Counted from the stretch's first letter, positions 50,008 to 59,697 are shown. The stretch is DNA of 64,000 bases from an uncultured Spirochaetaceae bacterium (GCA_964515335.1 CAZETS010000005.1:10174-74173); one strand, 5' to 3'. Notes: a model not told the origin generated them from the sequence alone. Numbers and translations are program-made.

Positions 50008-50751
50008 TCATCGAGCAGTCGCCTCCTGGGCCGAGCGCACCAACACGCGGCCGCACCGCGGACAGCAGGCGAGCAAGTCGTCGGGCTCGGCGCGAATGCG
50101 GTTGTACTCGACGACCGGCAGTCTGACGCGACACGCCCCGCACGTTCCCTTCGTCAGCTCGGCGGCGGCCCGGCCGCCGAGACGCTCCTTGGTGCGCAGC
50201 CGGTCGTACTCTTCGAGGATCGCGGCCGGCAATCCGACCCGGCCCGCTTCCCATCGATCGGTCAGCTCGGCGAGCTCGCCGTCGATCACGCCCTCGGCCC
50301 GGGCGATGGCGTCGCTTGCGTCGGCTGCCTCCTGGTCGATCGCCGCGCGTGTGGCCCGGTTCGCCGAGATCTCGCCCTCGACCCGGTCGATCTCCTCGAG
50401 CAGATCCATCTGCTGCTGCTCGTGGTCGGACTGGCGGGCGCGCACCAGCGCGACCTCCTCCTGCATGGCCTGGAGCTCTTTGGCGACCTTGACGCTGCCC
50501 GAGTAGAGGGTGCCCTCGAGGTCGGCCGCCTGCTCGGCGATCTCCTCGACCCGCACGGCGGCCTCGCTCTCGGATGCCGCCAGGGCCGCCCGGCGCTCGC
50601 CGAGCTCGACGTGCGCGGCGTCCGTCGAGGCGGCGCGCCGCTGCAGCTCACGCAGGCTCTCGCGTTCGGGCAGGGTGCGGCGGCGCTCGATCAATGCGTC
50701 GCGTTCGAGGTCGATGGTCTGAACGCCGAGCAATCCGAGGCTGACGGGCAC
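50008..50751 (-). CDS. Coiled-coil protein with C-terminal C4 zinc ribbon (COG1579/DUF164-like)
   Basis: Long heptad-like region, then GTCGACRVRLP...CCPRCGRVLV. Confidence 0.7.
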   Translation of the reverse strand: MPVSLGLLGVQTIDLERDALIERRRTLPERESLRELQRRAASTDAAHVELGERRAALAASESEAAVRVEEIAEQAADLEGTLYSGSVKVAKELQAMQEEVALVRARQSDHEQQQMDLLEEIDRVEGEISANRATRAAIDQEAADASDAIARAEGVIDGELAELTDRWEAGRVGLPAAILEEYDRLRTKERLGGRAAAELTKGTCGACRVRLPVVEYNRIRAEPDDLLACCPRCGRVLVRSAQEATAR

Positions 50752-50837
50752 CGGGTGAGCGTATCACGCCAACAGCGGGACGACTCGGCGAGCGGTCGCA
50801 ACTGCGGTCGCCCGGGCGCTGTGTTAACCGTCCGTCG

Positions 50838-51770
50838 ATGACCGATCTCCCGACGCCGGACATCCGGGCGCGCATCGACGCGCTGCTCGGCGCGAGGACC
50901 GTCGAGCACCAGCCCACCGAGGGCGGCTACTCGCCGGCGGCGCGCTGGCGGGTCCGTACGGCGGGGGGCGAGCGCGCGTTCGTCAAGATGCCGCGAAACG
51001 AGCACTCGCTGCGGGCGATCCGCACCGAGAGCGGCGTCCTGCAGACACTGGCCGACCGGGGCCTCGACTTCGCGCCGCGCTTCATCGCCTTCGAGGACGA
51101 TCCGGTCCAGCCGCTGCTCGTCATCGAAGACCTCGGCGACGCCCGCTGGCCCCCGCCCTGGGACGAAGCCCTCGTCGATCGTGTCCGCGACACGCTGGCC
51201 CGCATGCACGACACGCCGACCACCCTGGCGCCCTTCTCGGAGGTGCACGCGGGCGAGGACGGAGGCTGGCGCGACGTCGCCGACGACCCCGCGCCGTTCC
51301 TCGCGCTCGGCCTCGCCTCGCGGGAGTGGCTCGAAGCCTCGCTCCCCGCGCTGATCGACGCCGAAGCACACGCCGAGTTGGACGGTGAATCGCTCACCCA
51401 CTTCGACGTGCGCAGCGACAACCTCTGCCTGGCCGACCGCGGCGTGGTGCTGATCGACTGGAACTTCGCCTGCGCGGGCAACCCGAAGCTGGACCTCGGC
51501 TGCTGGCTGCCGAGCCTGCAGATGGAGGGCGGGCCGGCCCCCGAGTCGCTGCTCGCCGGCGAGCCCGAAGTGGCAGCGTGGGTGAGCGGCTTCTTTGCGG
51601 CGCGGGCCGGACTGCCCGTGATCCCCTCGGCGCCGAGCGTGCGCGACGTGCAGATCGCGCAGCTCCGCACCGCGCTGCCGTGGGGCGCGCGGGCGCTCGG
51701 GCTGCCTGTCCCCGACGGCCCGGCGCTCAGTCGATCCGGTCGCCGACGAAGAGATAACGGTTCAGGCTGA
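50838..51770 (+). CDS. Phosphotransferase-family (APH/choline-kinase-like) kinase
   Basis: LTHFDVRSDNLCL (HxDxxxxN catalytic loop) and VLIDWNFA (DxD/DWN Mg site). Confidence 0.75.
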   Translation: MTDLPTPDIRARIDALLGARTVEHQPTEGGYSPAARWRVRTAGGERAFVKMPRNEHSLRAIRTESGVLQTLADRGLDFAPRFIAFEDDPVQPLLVIEDLGDARWPPPWDEALVDRVRDTLARMHDTPTTLAPFSEVHAGEDGGWRDVADDPAPFLALGLASREWLEASLPALIDAEAHAELDGESLTHFDVRSDNLCLADRGVVLIDWNFACAGNPKLDLGCWLPSLQMEGGPAPESLLAGEPEVAAWVSGFFAARAGLPVIPSAPSVRDVQIAQLRTALPWGARALGLPVPDGPALSRSGRRRRDNGSG

Positions 51771-52515
51771 AGAAGTAGCGCCCCTCGCGGCCGAGCTGAT
51801 CGAGCTCTGCGAGCCAGCCCTTCGCGTCGTCCTTCGTGCAGGCGCGCCGGCCCGCCGAAAAGCCGGCGATCATCTTCGTGAGGTGCCAGCTGAAGGCGTT
51901 GCGGTGGTGCTCGGGGTTGAGCATCGGGATGGCGCGCCGGTCGCGCACGCGAAAGCCGGCCGCCTTCATCTGTGCGCCGAGGGTGCGCGGCAGCCCGCGG
52001 TGCACGAAGTGCTCGTCCCAGGCGTCGAGGATGCGGGCCAGCCGGTCCGGGTCCCCGGTGTGGACGACCAGCGAGTCGTAGTCGGTATCGAGCACCGCCA
52101 GACGACCGCCCGGCCGCAGCACGCGACGCACCTCGGCGAGCGCGCCGGGGATGTCGGGCACGTACTCGTAGACCTGAGTGGTCACCACGGCGTCGAAGCT
52201 CGCGTCGGGATACGGGAGCCTGGCGGCGTCGCCCTGCTCGAAGGACGCCTGGGGCAGGTCCTCGCAGCGGCGGCGCGCGACGGCGAGCATCGGCTCGGAC
52301 TGATCGAAGCCCGCGGCGCGGCCCTCGGGGCCGACGGTGAGCGCCAGATCGCGAAGCAGCAGCCCCGGCCCGCAGCCGATGTCGAGCACGTGCTGGCCGG
52401 GCTCGAGGCCGAGCGCCCCCAGCACGATGACTCGCTGCTCGACGACGTCGCTGGTCAGGTAGGCGGCCTCGAGGCCACGGGCCGCCGCCTCGTCGAACTC
52501 GATACCCCGAGCCAC
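51727..52515 (-). CDS. Class I SAM-dependent methyltransferase
   Basis: VLDIGCGPGLLLRDLA, a DQSEPML acidic loop, and LRPGGRLAVLD. Confidence 0.8.
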   Translation of the reverse strand: MARGIEFDEAAARGLEAAYLTSDVVEQRVIVLGALGLEPGQHVLDIGCGPGLLLRDLALTVGPEGRAAGFDQSEPMLAVARRRCEDLPQASFEQGDAARLPYPDASFDAVVTTQVYEYVPDIPGALAEVRRVLRPGGRLAVLDTDYDSLVVHTGDPDRLARILDAWDEHFVHRGLPRTLGAQMKAAGFRVRDRRAIPMLNPEHHRNAFSWHLTKMIAGFSAGRRACTKDDAKGWLAELDQLGREGRYFFSLNRYLFVGDRID

Positions 52516-52519
52516 CCCG

Positions 52520-53611
52520 CTACTCGTCGGCCGGGGCGGGCGACGATCCGCGCTGGATCGTCTCGACGATCACCTCGCGCAGCCGCACCGGGTCGACCGG
52601 CTTCTTGAAGATCACGCCCTCGAGGCCCTTCATGCGCGAGCGCTTGATGATGTGGTCCTTGTCGTAGTGGAACGCCGTCATCATCAGGACCGGCAGGTCG
52701 GGCAGCCGCTCGCGCACGTGCAGGTAGAGCTGGTGGCCGTCCATGCGCGGCATCACGACGTCGGTGAGCATCAGGTCGAAGGTCCGAGAGGAAAGCTCGT
52801 CGAGGGCCTCGAGGCCGTCGTGCGCGACCTCGACCGAGCAGCCGTCCGCCTCGAGGATCTCCTTCAGGGTGTTGCAGATGCCGCGATCGTCGTCGACGAC
52901 GAGCAGCTGCAGTCCGGCGAGCCGCGCGTCGTGCCGGGCGTGGCGGGTCTCGTCGCGGCGCAGGTCGATCATTCGCGCCGGCCCCACGTAGCCGACCGTC
53001 TCGTAGGTGTCCTTCTGCACCATCTCGCCGAGCCGATCGAGGACGTCCGAGACCCGGGCCACCTCGCGGCGAATCGCGTCGATCCGCTCGTCCTCGACCG
53101 AGCAGTCGCGCTCGCCCGCGAGCCGGGAGATCTCGTTCTCGAGCAGCTGGCACTGGTTGAGGATCACCGCGAGCGGGTTGTTGATCTCGTGGGAGAGGCC
53201 GATCGCCACCTCGCCGAGGGTCGCGAGCTGGTCCTTGTGGAGGATCTCTCGCAGGTCCTTCGCGTACCCGATCGTGCCGTTCTCGTCGCCGCCGTCGTCG
53301 TAGAGCAGGGTGCCCGAGATGGCGACCGGGATCTTCTCACCCGACATCGTGAGGAATTCGGTCTGGAAGCTCTGTACGATGCCGGCGCCGCCGTGCTCGG
53401 GGCTGCGCATCGCGTTGGCGACGCGCCGGGCCTCGTCGATGCTCGAGTAGAAGAGGCCGACGAAGCGGCCGAGCACCTCGTCGCTCGTGTAGCCGAGGCT
53501 TCGCGAGGCGCCGTCGTTGTAGTAGACGACGCGCCCCTTGCGATCGGTCGCGACCACGATGTCGGTCGAGCGGTCGGTCAGCCGCTCGAGCATCTCTCGT
53601 GTCAACGCCAT
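52520..53611 (-). CDS. PAS - HisKA(DHp) - receiver protein lacking a recognisable HATPase_c domain
   Basis: PAS: IVVATDRKGRVVYYNDGASRSLGYTSDEVLG. H-box: LATLGEVAIGLSHEINNPLAVI. REC: LLVVDDD...LMLTDVVMPRMDG...FKKP. No N/G1/F/G2 boxes lie between the DHp and the REC domain. Confidence 0.8.
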   Translation of the reverse strand: MALTREMLERLTDRSTDIVVATDRKGRVVYYNDGASRSLGYTSDEVLGRFVGLFYSSIDEARRVANAMRSPEHGGAGIVQSFQTEFLTMSGEKIPVAISGTLLYDDGGDENGTIGYAKDLREILHKDQLATLGEVAIGLSHEINNPLAVILNQCQLLENEISRLAGERDCSVEDERIDAIRREVARVSDVLDRLGEMVQKDTYETVGYVGPARMIDLRRDETRHARHDARLAGLQLLVVDDDRGICNTLKEILEADGCSVEVAHDGLEALDELSSRTFDLMLTDVVMPRMDGHQLYLHVRERLPDLPVLMMTAFHYDKDHIIKRSRMKGLEGVIFKKPVDPVRLREVIVETIQRGSSPAPADE

Positions 53612-53621
53612 GGCGCGGCGA

Positions 53622-54593
53622 TCACTCGATGCCCTGCTCGGCGAGCCAGCGCTCGGCGTCGATCGACGCCATGCAGCCCGTGCCGGCCGCCGTCACCGCC
53701 TGGCGGTAGACCGGGTCGGCAACGTCGCCGCACGCGAACACGCCCTCCACCGAGGTGCGCGTCGTGCCCGCCGTGACCCGGAGGTAGCCGGCATCGTCGA
53801 AGTCGAGCTGGCCGGCGAAGAGCTCGGTGTTCGGCTTGTGGCCGATCGCGACGAAGAGGCCATCGACCCGCAGGTCGTCGGTCTCACCCGTCTTCACGTC
53901 CTTCACGCGGACTGCAGTCACGACATCGTCGCCGAGGACCTCGTCGACCACCGAGTCCCAGAGGAAGTCGATCTTCTCGTGCTGCATGGCGCGCTGCTGC
54001 ATGATCTTCGAAGCCCGCAGCTCGTCGCGGCGGTGGATGACCGTGACCTTCGTGGCGAAGCGCGTGAGGAAGAGCGCCTCCTCCATCGCGGTGTCGCCGC
54101 CGCCCACGACGGCGAGCGGCATGTCGCGGTAGAGCGCGCCGTCGCAGGTCGCACAGGCCGAGACCCCGCGGTTCTGCAGCCGCGTCTCGCTCTCGAGCCC
54201 GATCCACTTCGCGGTGGCGCCCGTGGCCACCACCAGGGCGTCCGCGGTGTAGCGGTCGTCGCCGACCGACAGGCGGAAGGGACGCTCGGAAAGGTCGACG
54301 CTCGTCACGTCCTCGAAGACGATCCTCGTCCCGAAGCGCTCGGCCTGCTTCTGCAGGTCTTCCATCATGGCCGGGCCGCTCGTGCCCTCGGGATAGCCCG
54401 GATAGTTCTCGACGTCGGTGGTGATCATCAGCTGGCCGCCGAACTGGAAGCCGGCGATCACGATCGGATCGAGGCCCGCCCGCGACGCGTAGATGGCGGC
54501 CGTGTAGCCGGCCGGTCCACTGCCGATGATCAGGATCTTCGCGTGTGTGACATCGGCGTTCGCCGGATTCGGCTCGTTCGCCTGATTCGACAT
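53622..54593 (-). CDS. trxB: Thioredoxin-disulfide reductase
   Basis: ILIIGSGPAGYTAA, redox-active CATCDG, VVGGGDTAMEEALFLT, GVFACGDV. Confidence 0.9.
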   Translation of the reverse strand: MSNQANEPNPANADVTHAKILIIGSGPAGYTAAIYASRAGLDPIVIAGFQFGGQLMITTDVENYPGYPEGTSGPAMMEDLQKQAERFGTRIVFEDVTSVDLSERPFRLSVGDDRYTADALVVATGATAKWIGLESETRLQNRGVSACATCDGALYRDMPLAVVGGGDTAMEEALFLTRFATKVTVIHRRDELRASKIMQQRAMQHEKIDFLWDSVVDEVLGDDVVTAVRVKDVKTGETDDLRVDGLFVAIGHKPNTELFAGQLDFDDAGYLRVTAGTTRTSVEGVFACGDVADPVYRQAVTAAGTGCMASIDAERWLAEQGIE

Positions 54594-54747
54594 GGCTGGG
54601 GGAAGTTCCTTCGGGCCGGCTCGGCGCGCGCACGACCGCGGTCGCGAACGGGGCCGGTTGGCCCGTCGGGGCGCGGCCCGATGGTACCGCCGGGGCAGGG
54701 GGGTGCCAGAGGGTGGCGGATTGCCGCGACGGCTCGTGGACCGGGCC

Positions 54748-56448
54748 CTAGAGCGGTTCGGTGATCGGCAGCTCCTCCCACAGCAGCTGGAGGAAGACGC
54801 CGATGAAGAACGAGAGGAACGTCATCAACAACAGCGCGGAAGGGAACGCATAGACGGGCTCGAAGCCGACGATGCGCGGCAGATCGCCGAGCAGCGGAGG
54901 AAGCTGCTGCTGCAGGACGGAGACGGTCGCGTCGAGACGCCCGCTGGGCTCCCAGCTGCGCAGCACCATGAACGGCCCGATCAGGCTCGTCATCACGAGG
55001 CCCAGTGCCGCAGCCTGCAGGACACCGAGCAGGAAGATCGCCCGCGCGCGCACGAACGCCACCGCACTGTCGCCGATCCGCCGGCGCACCTCGACGTAGA
55101 TGTAGAGCAGCGTCACCAGGCCGAGAAACATCACCAGGCCGCCAAGCATCGCCACGTCGCGCCCGGCCAGCGCCCACACCTCGTCGATCAGGAAGACCGG
55201 CGCATAGCCGACGATGATGCCCGCTCCGATGCGCGGCACCGAGGCGTGGAAGAAGCTCAGATCGCGCCTCCACACGAATCGATAGAGGAGGAACCAGCTC
55301 GCGAGGGCGAAGACCACGACGACTTCGGCCGAGCAGACGAAATCGAAGAACCGCGGCACCCGGTCGTAGGCGACGGCGGCGCCGACGAAGGGCAGCAGGA
55401 TCGCCGCGAGGGCCGCCGTGTAGTTGGTGGGCGTGTGCCACGTCAGCGTCGCGCCGCCGTCGTTCTCGCCCTGCTCGAGCCAGGCGGCGTGCTGGATGAC
55501 CGCCGAGGAGTGCTGGATGTCGTACTGGCGCAGGAACCAGCGCTCGAGCTTCTTGAGCAGCCGCAGACAGTCTCGATCGCCCCGCCGCAGGAAAGGCGAT
55601 ATGTCCTCGCCGCATCGGATCGCGTCCGAGCCGGCGGCCGTCACCGCGGCGAGGATCTCGCTCTCACGATCGCCGAAGGGACTGTCCTCCTTCTCGAAGG
55701 CCTGGTTGTCCTCGTCGAGGCAGACCCCTTCGACCCATTGGTAGAAGGCGCGCTCCGTCATGCGCACCAGCATGCGGTCGACGCGCTCGGGCTCTCCGCT
55801 CTCGAGCGCGTGGAAGAAGCCGCTCTCGGTCGGGTCGTCGCCCGGATCGACGGGATCGACCTGCCGGGCCACGTAGCGCAGCAGGTACTCGGCGCTCACC
55901 CGGCCGCGCGTCACCACCTCGAGCGAGCGGTACATGCGCCGGCGCAGCACGTAACCCGCGAGCCGGATCGGGCGGATCGGCTCGGCCTCGAGGCTCTCGC
56001 CGAAGCGGACGAGCAGCTGGGCGAGCAGCGCGACGTCCTGGTGGAAGCGCACGTGCATCGCCTCGTCGAGCTGATCGTCGGCGTCGAGCTCGGCGCAGAT
56101 GCCGTCGAGATAGACGGGCGCCGCGGCGAGCAGCCGGCCCATCAGCTCGCGGCTGTCGCGGCGGTTCGCGTTCGGGTGCAGGAGACGCGTGCGGCGCAGC
56201 AGATCGTCGAGCTGCAGGATCAGCTCGGTTGGATCGTGGCGCCCGGCGTGGAAGGAGAAGGTCTCGTGGAAGATGCGCTCGAATCCGTCGCCCCGGTCGA
56301 TCTCGAAGCGCACCTCTCGCGCGTGGAAGGCGAACGTGAAGCGGAAGGTGGCCTGCAGGCGCTCGATGCGCAGCGTCAGCCGCGAGAGCCCGCCGCGACG
56401 GGGCGGCGCCGGGGGCGACGGAGCGGAGACCGTGGTCTCGGCGGACAC
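54748..56448 (-). CDS. Hypothetical protein: a soluble N-terminal region of about 330 aa with no recognised domain, plus a C-terminal block of about six TM helices
   Basis: GTG at 56448, 5 nt after the response-regulator stop. The C-terminal hydrophobic segments include AAILLPFVGAAVAY, VVVVFALASWFLLY, IGAGIIVGYAPVFLI, MLGGLVMFLGLVTLLYIYV, IFLLGVLQAAALGLVMTSLIG and LLLMTFLSFFIGVFLQLLW. The track ORF (842 aa) is over-extended across the regulator gene. Confidence 0.55.
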   Translation of the reverse strand: MSAETTVSAPSPPAPPRRGGLSRLTLRIERLQATFRFTFAFHAREVRFEIDRGDGFERIFHETFSFHAGRHDPTELILQLDDLLRRTRLLHPNANRRDSRELMGRLLAAAPVYLDGICAELDADDQLDEAMHVRFHQDVALLAQLLVRFGESLEAEPIRPIRLAGYVLRRRMYRSLEVVTRGRVSAEYLLRYVARQVDPVDPGDDPTESGFFHALESGEPERVDRMLVRMTERAFYQWVEGVCLDEDNQAFEKEDSPFGDRESEILAAVTAAGSDAIRCGEDISPFLRRGDRDCLRLLKKLERWFLRQYDIQHSSAVIQHAAWLEQGENDGGATLTWHTPTNYTAALAAILLPFVGAAVAYDRVPRFFDFVCSAEVVVVFALASWFLLYRFVWRRDLSFFHASVPRIGAGIIVGYAPVFLIDEVWALAGRDVAMLGGLVMFLGLVTLLYIYVEVRRRIGDSAVAFVRARAIFLLGVLQAAALGLVMTSLIGPFMVLRSWEPSGRLDATVSVLQQQLPPLLGDLPRIVGFEPVYAFPSALLLMTFLSFFIGVFLQLLWEELPITEPL

Positions 56449-56453
56449 CGGAG

Positions 56454-57602
56454 CTAGAGGACCCGCTCGCGGGGGTTCTCGCCCGACTCGTAGTAGTCCT
56501 CGACGCGGCGCGCGAGCGCCTCGACGCGCTGGGGCAGACCGTCGGGGCGCGGCCAGCGCTTGTTGGCGACCAGCATGCGGTCGCGCAGCAGCTGGGCCTC
56601 GGGGTACTCGTCGCGGTGCAGCACGTCGTCGACGTCGAGCCAGCTCTGCATCGCGGTCTGGCCGCGGGTGATGCGCTCGGCCAGCTCGGCCATGTTGGGC
56701 GACGTGATGCCGCTGCCCTCGACGTCGCCGAGCAGGCCGGCGAGTCGCCCGAGCGCAGCCTCGAGCACGTCTCGCAGGCCGCCGGCCTCGGCCGCCACCT
56801 CGTCGATGATCTCCTCGAAGGCGCGCCGCAGCGGCTCGTGGGAGATCTCCTTGAAGCGCACCACACGACCGAGCGACTCGCCCCCCGAGCCGGCCAGCGG
56901 CTGCACGCTGATGCGCACGCGGTGGCCCTTGCCGCCGGTCGCCAGGTCCATGTCCTCGAAGCCGCCGTCCTGCTCGTCGGCGAGCTTGCGCACCGTGCCG
57001 ACCAGGTTGCCCGCACATGGGCAGGCGAGCACGTCGTCGATCGTGCGGCCCGCCGGCTCGCCCTCGATGCCCAGGTAGGCGCGCGCCGGCGCGTTCGCGG
57101 CGCGCACGATGCCCGACCGGTCGACCGCGATGGCGCCGACGTCGAGCTTGTCCATCACGGCCTGCATGATCGAGTTCGCGCTCTGCAGATCGGCGAGCAG
57201 GCGCCGGTTCTCGCAGGCGAGCGCGTGGTGCTCGGCGGCCCGGCGCACCACGTTCTTCAGCTCGTCGGGCTCCCACGGCTTGTTGACGTACGCGTAGACG
57301 TGACCGGCGTTGATGGCCTGAATGGTGGCCTCCGAGTCGGCGAACCCGGTCAGCATGATGCGCACCGTGTCGGGATGCCTGGCGTAGACCTGCTCGAGCA
57401 GCTCGACACCGCTCATCTCGGGCATCCGCTGGTCGGTGATCACCACCGCCACGGGCTCGTTGTCGTCGAGCAGCTGGACGGCCTTCCGGGGGTCCGTGGT
57501 CGTGAGGACCCGGTAGTCACCCATGAAGGTGAACGTCATCGTCTCGAGGATGGCTTCCTCGTCGTCGACGATCAGGATGCGGGGCAGCTCGGCGTCGCTC
57601 AT
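56454..57602 (-). CDS. Response regulator: REC + PAS-like + uncharacterised C-terminal helical region
   Basis: ILIVDDEEAILE...VVITDQRMPEMSG...MLTGFAD...YVNKPW (REC of the RpfG-associated type), then DKLDVGAIAVDRSGIVRAANAPARAYLG (PAS-like). No DNA-binding or enzymatic output motif was recognised. Confidence 0.8.
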   Translation of the reverse strand: MSDAELPRILIVDDEEAILETMTFTFMGDYRVLTTTDPRKAVQLLDDNEPVAVVITDQRMPEMSGVELLEQVYARHPDTVRIMLTGFADSEATIQAINAGHVYAYVNKPWEPDELKNVVRRAAEHHALACENRRLLADLQSANSIMQAVMDKLDVGAIAVDRSGIVRAANAPARAYLGIEGEPAGRTIDDVLACPCAGNLVGTVRKLADEQDGGFEDMDLATGGKGHRVRISVQPLAGSGGESLGRVVRFKEISHEPLRRAFEEIIDEVAAEAGGLRDVLEAALGRLAGLLGDVEGSGITSPNMAELAERITRGQTAMQSWLDVDDVLHRDEYPEAQLLRDRMLVANKRWPRPDGLPQRVEALARRVEDYYESGENPRERVL

Positions 57603-57659
57603 GGTCGCGTCTCGGTCGACACGCTTTGCGGGTGGAAGGACAGCTGTCGGGCGGCCAGG

Positions 57660-58220
57660 CTAGAAGCCGATCACGCCCTTCGCCTCGTCGGCCTTGCGGC
57701 GCCGGTCGACGTCGGCGCGCAGCTTGCGGCGCTGCTCCTCGAGTCGTTTCGGCAGTCGTTCCTGGGCCACCTTGGTCCACGGCCGGTGCTCGGCGCCGTC
57801 GCGGAAGCGCTTGAACTTCCGGTAGGCGGCGAGCTCGTGCTTGAACCCGCTCTCGACGAACTTGATCATGATGGCGTCGTCGAGGAAGCCGAGAACGGGC
57901 ACGTGGTCGGGAATCAGATCCTCGGGCTCGGCGAAGTAGGCCAGCGCGCCGAGCACCTGGTCGACCACGGGTTTCGGGGCGTGGTAGTCCTCGTCCTCGA
58001 TGATCGCCGTGAGGTCGTCGATGGCCTCGACGGCCGTCACGACGAAGTGCGGCGTCTTCTTCGCGGCCCTGACGCTCTCCACCAGCGAACGCGCGCCCTC
58101 GAGGATCTCCTCGCGGCTCGCTTCCCGGGCGGCCGCGCGCGCCTTCCTGAACAGCTTCCGGAAGTACGAGACGTCCTGTTCGTCGAGCGTGAAGCTGACC
58201 TTGAAGGAAGTCGTAGCCAT
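57660..58220 (-). CDS. DUF1232 (YkvA-like) domain protein
   Basis: ALAYFAEPEDLIPDHVPVLGFLDDAIMI matches the DUF1232 core pattern. Confidence 0.65.
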   Translation of the reverse strand: MATTSFKVSFTLDEQDVSYFRKLFRKARAAAREASREEILEGARSLVESVRAAKKTPHFVVTAVEAIDDLTAIIEDEDYHAPKPVVDQVLGALAYFAEPEDLIPDHVPVLGFLDDAIMIKFVESGFKHELAAYRKFKRFRDGAEHRPWTKVAQERLPKRLEEQRRKLRADVDRRRKADEAKGVIGF

Positions 58221-58287
58221 CGGTGGCCTCGGGACGTGAGTTGTGGGCGCGACGCCGCGACCCTCGGGCGCGGCGAAGCGGACTCTA

Positions 58288-59697
58288 TCAGTACCGGGCG
58301 TAGTCGATCAACCGCGCGGGCGAGGCCTGCCACTCACCCCGCCAGTGCTCGAGCACGGCCTCACCCGGGCTGCGACCGAGCGCGATCTGCTCCTGCAAGG
58401 GGTCGAGGAAGGCGCGCTCGTCGGGCGCCGAGCCGGCGGGCTCGGCGATCGCACGCAGCCCCGCGCTCGCGATGTCGACCAGCTCGCGCGCCAGGTCGAG
58501 CACCGGGCGACCGGCCACTCGCGCCGCGAGACCGTCGCGAGCCACCGCCTCCTGCGCGGCCTCGCGCTCTTCGCGCGAGTAGTCGGCGACCAGTCGCCAG
58601 GCGGCCGCGCACGCGTCGTCGTCGTAGAGCACGCCCTTCCACAGCGCCGGCAATGCACAGATGAGGTCTCGGGGCACCGCATCCGCGCCGCGCACCTCGA
58701 TGATGCGCTTGAGACGCACCTCGGGGAAGACCGTCGTCAGGTGCAGGTCCCAGTCGTCTTCGTCGGCGCGCAGGCCCGCGAAGCCGTGCTCCATGAACTC
58801 GCGGAACGTCGTGCCCTTCGCCGGCGTGTAGGTCCCGTCGCGCACCACGAAGAACATCGGCACGTCGAGCGCCCACTCCACGTAGTCGCGATAGCCAAAG
58901 CCCGACTCGAAGACGAAGTGCAGCAGCCCGCAGCGGTCGGGATCCGTGTCGCGCCAGATCTCCACGCGCTTCGACGCGAAGCCGCTCTCGCCGCCCGCCG
59001 CGATGCTCGAGTTGGCGAACATCGCCGAGACGATCGGCGTGCACCCCATCGCGGTGCGCAGCTTCCGCGCCATGTCGGCCTCGTCGGCGAAATCGAAGTT
59101 GGCCTGCACGGTGGCGCTGGCGTGCATCATGTCGAGGCCGAGTCCGCCGCGGGTCGGCAGGTACTCGCGCATGATGTCGTAGCGGCGCTTCGGCATCACG
59201 GGGATCTCGGGCACCGGGTGGAGCGGGTCGATGCCGAGGGCCACGAAGACGATGCCCATCTCGGACGCGATCTCGTTCGCGAGGTCGACGTGATGGTTGA
59301 ACTCGCTGCAGGTCTCGCGGATCGCACCGAGGGGCGCCCCCGACAGCTCGATCTGTCCGCCGGGTTCGAGGGTGATCGAAGCGCCGTCCTTCTTCAGGGC
59401 GATCACGTTCTCGCCCTCGAGGACGGGACTCCAGCCGTTGACCGCGGCGATCCGCTCGAGCAGGCGGCCGATGCCGCGCTCGCCCTCGTAGGGGACGCGC
59501 TCGAAGCTGTCGGCATAGAGCGCGATCTTCTCGTGCTCGGTGCCGATCACCCAACGCTCGCGCGGCTTCTCGCCCGAGCGGAGGTACGCCACGCAGTCGT
59601 CGACGCTCGTGATCGCCGCGCCCCGGTCGCTCACGGGCACTCCCCTCGGCGTGCGGTGGCGCGCTGCCTGGTCGATCGGTTCACGGCGCGACGGCAT
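58288..59697 (-). CDS. gshA: Glutamate--cysteine ligase, plant/proteobacterial GCS2 type
   Basis: GTEHEKIAL...ITLEPGGQIELSGAP...PKRRYDIMREYLP...MMHASATVQANFDF...FPEVRLKRIIEVRGAD. Confidence 0.85.
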   Translation of the reverse strand: MPSRREPIDQAARHRTPRGVPVSDRGAAITSVDDCVAYLRSGEKPRERWVIGTEHEKIALYADSFERVPYEGERGIGRLLERIAAVNGWSPVLEGENVIALKKDGASITLEPGGQIELSGAPLGAIRETCSEFNHHVDLANEIASEMGIVFVALGIDPLHPVPEIPVMPKRRYDIMREYLPTRGGLGLDMMHASATVQANFDFADEADMARKLRTAMGCTPIVSAMFANSSIAAGGESGFASKRVEIWRDTDPDRCGLLHFVFESGFGYRDYVEWALDVPMFFVVRDGTYTPAKGTTFREFMEHGFAGLRADEDDWDLHLTTVFPEVRLKRIIEVRGADAVPRDLICALPALWKGVLYDDDACAAAWRLVADYSREEREAAQEAVARDGLAARVAGRPVLDLARELVDIASAGLRAIAEPAGSAPDERAFLDPLQEQIALGRSPGEAVLEHWRGEWQASPARLIDYARY

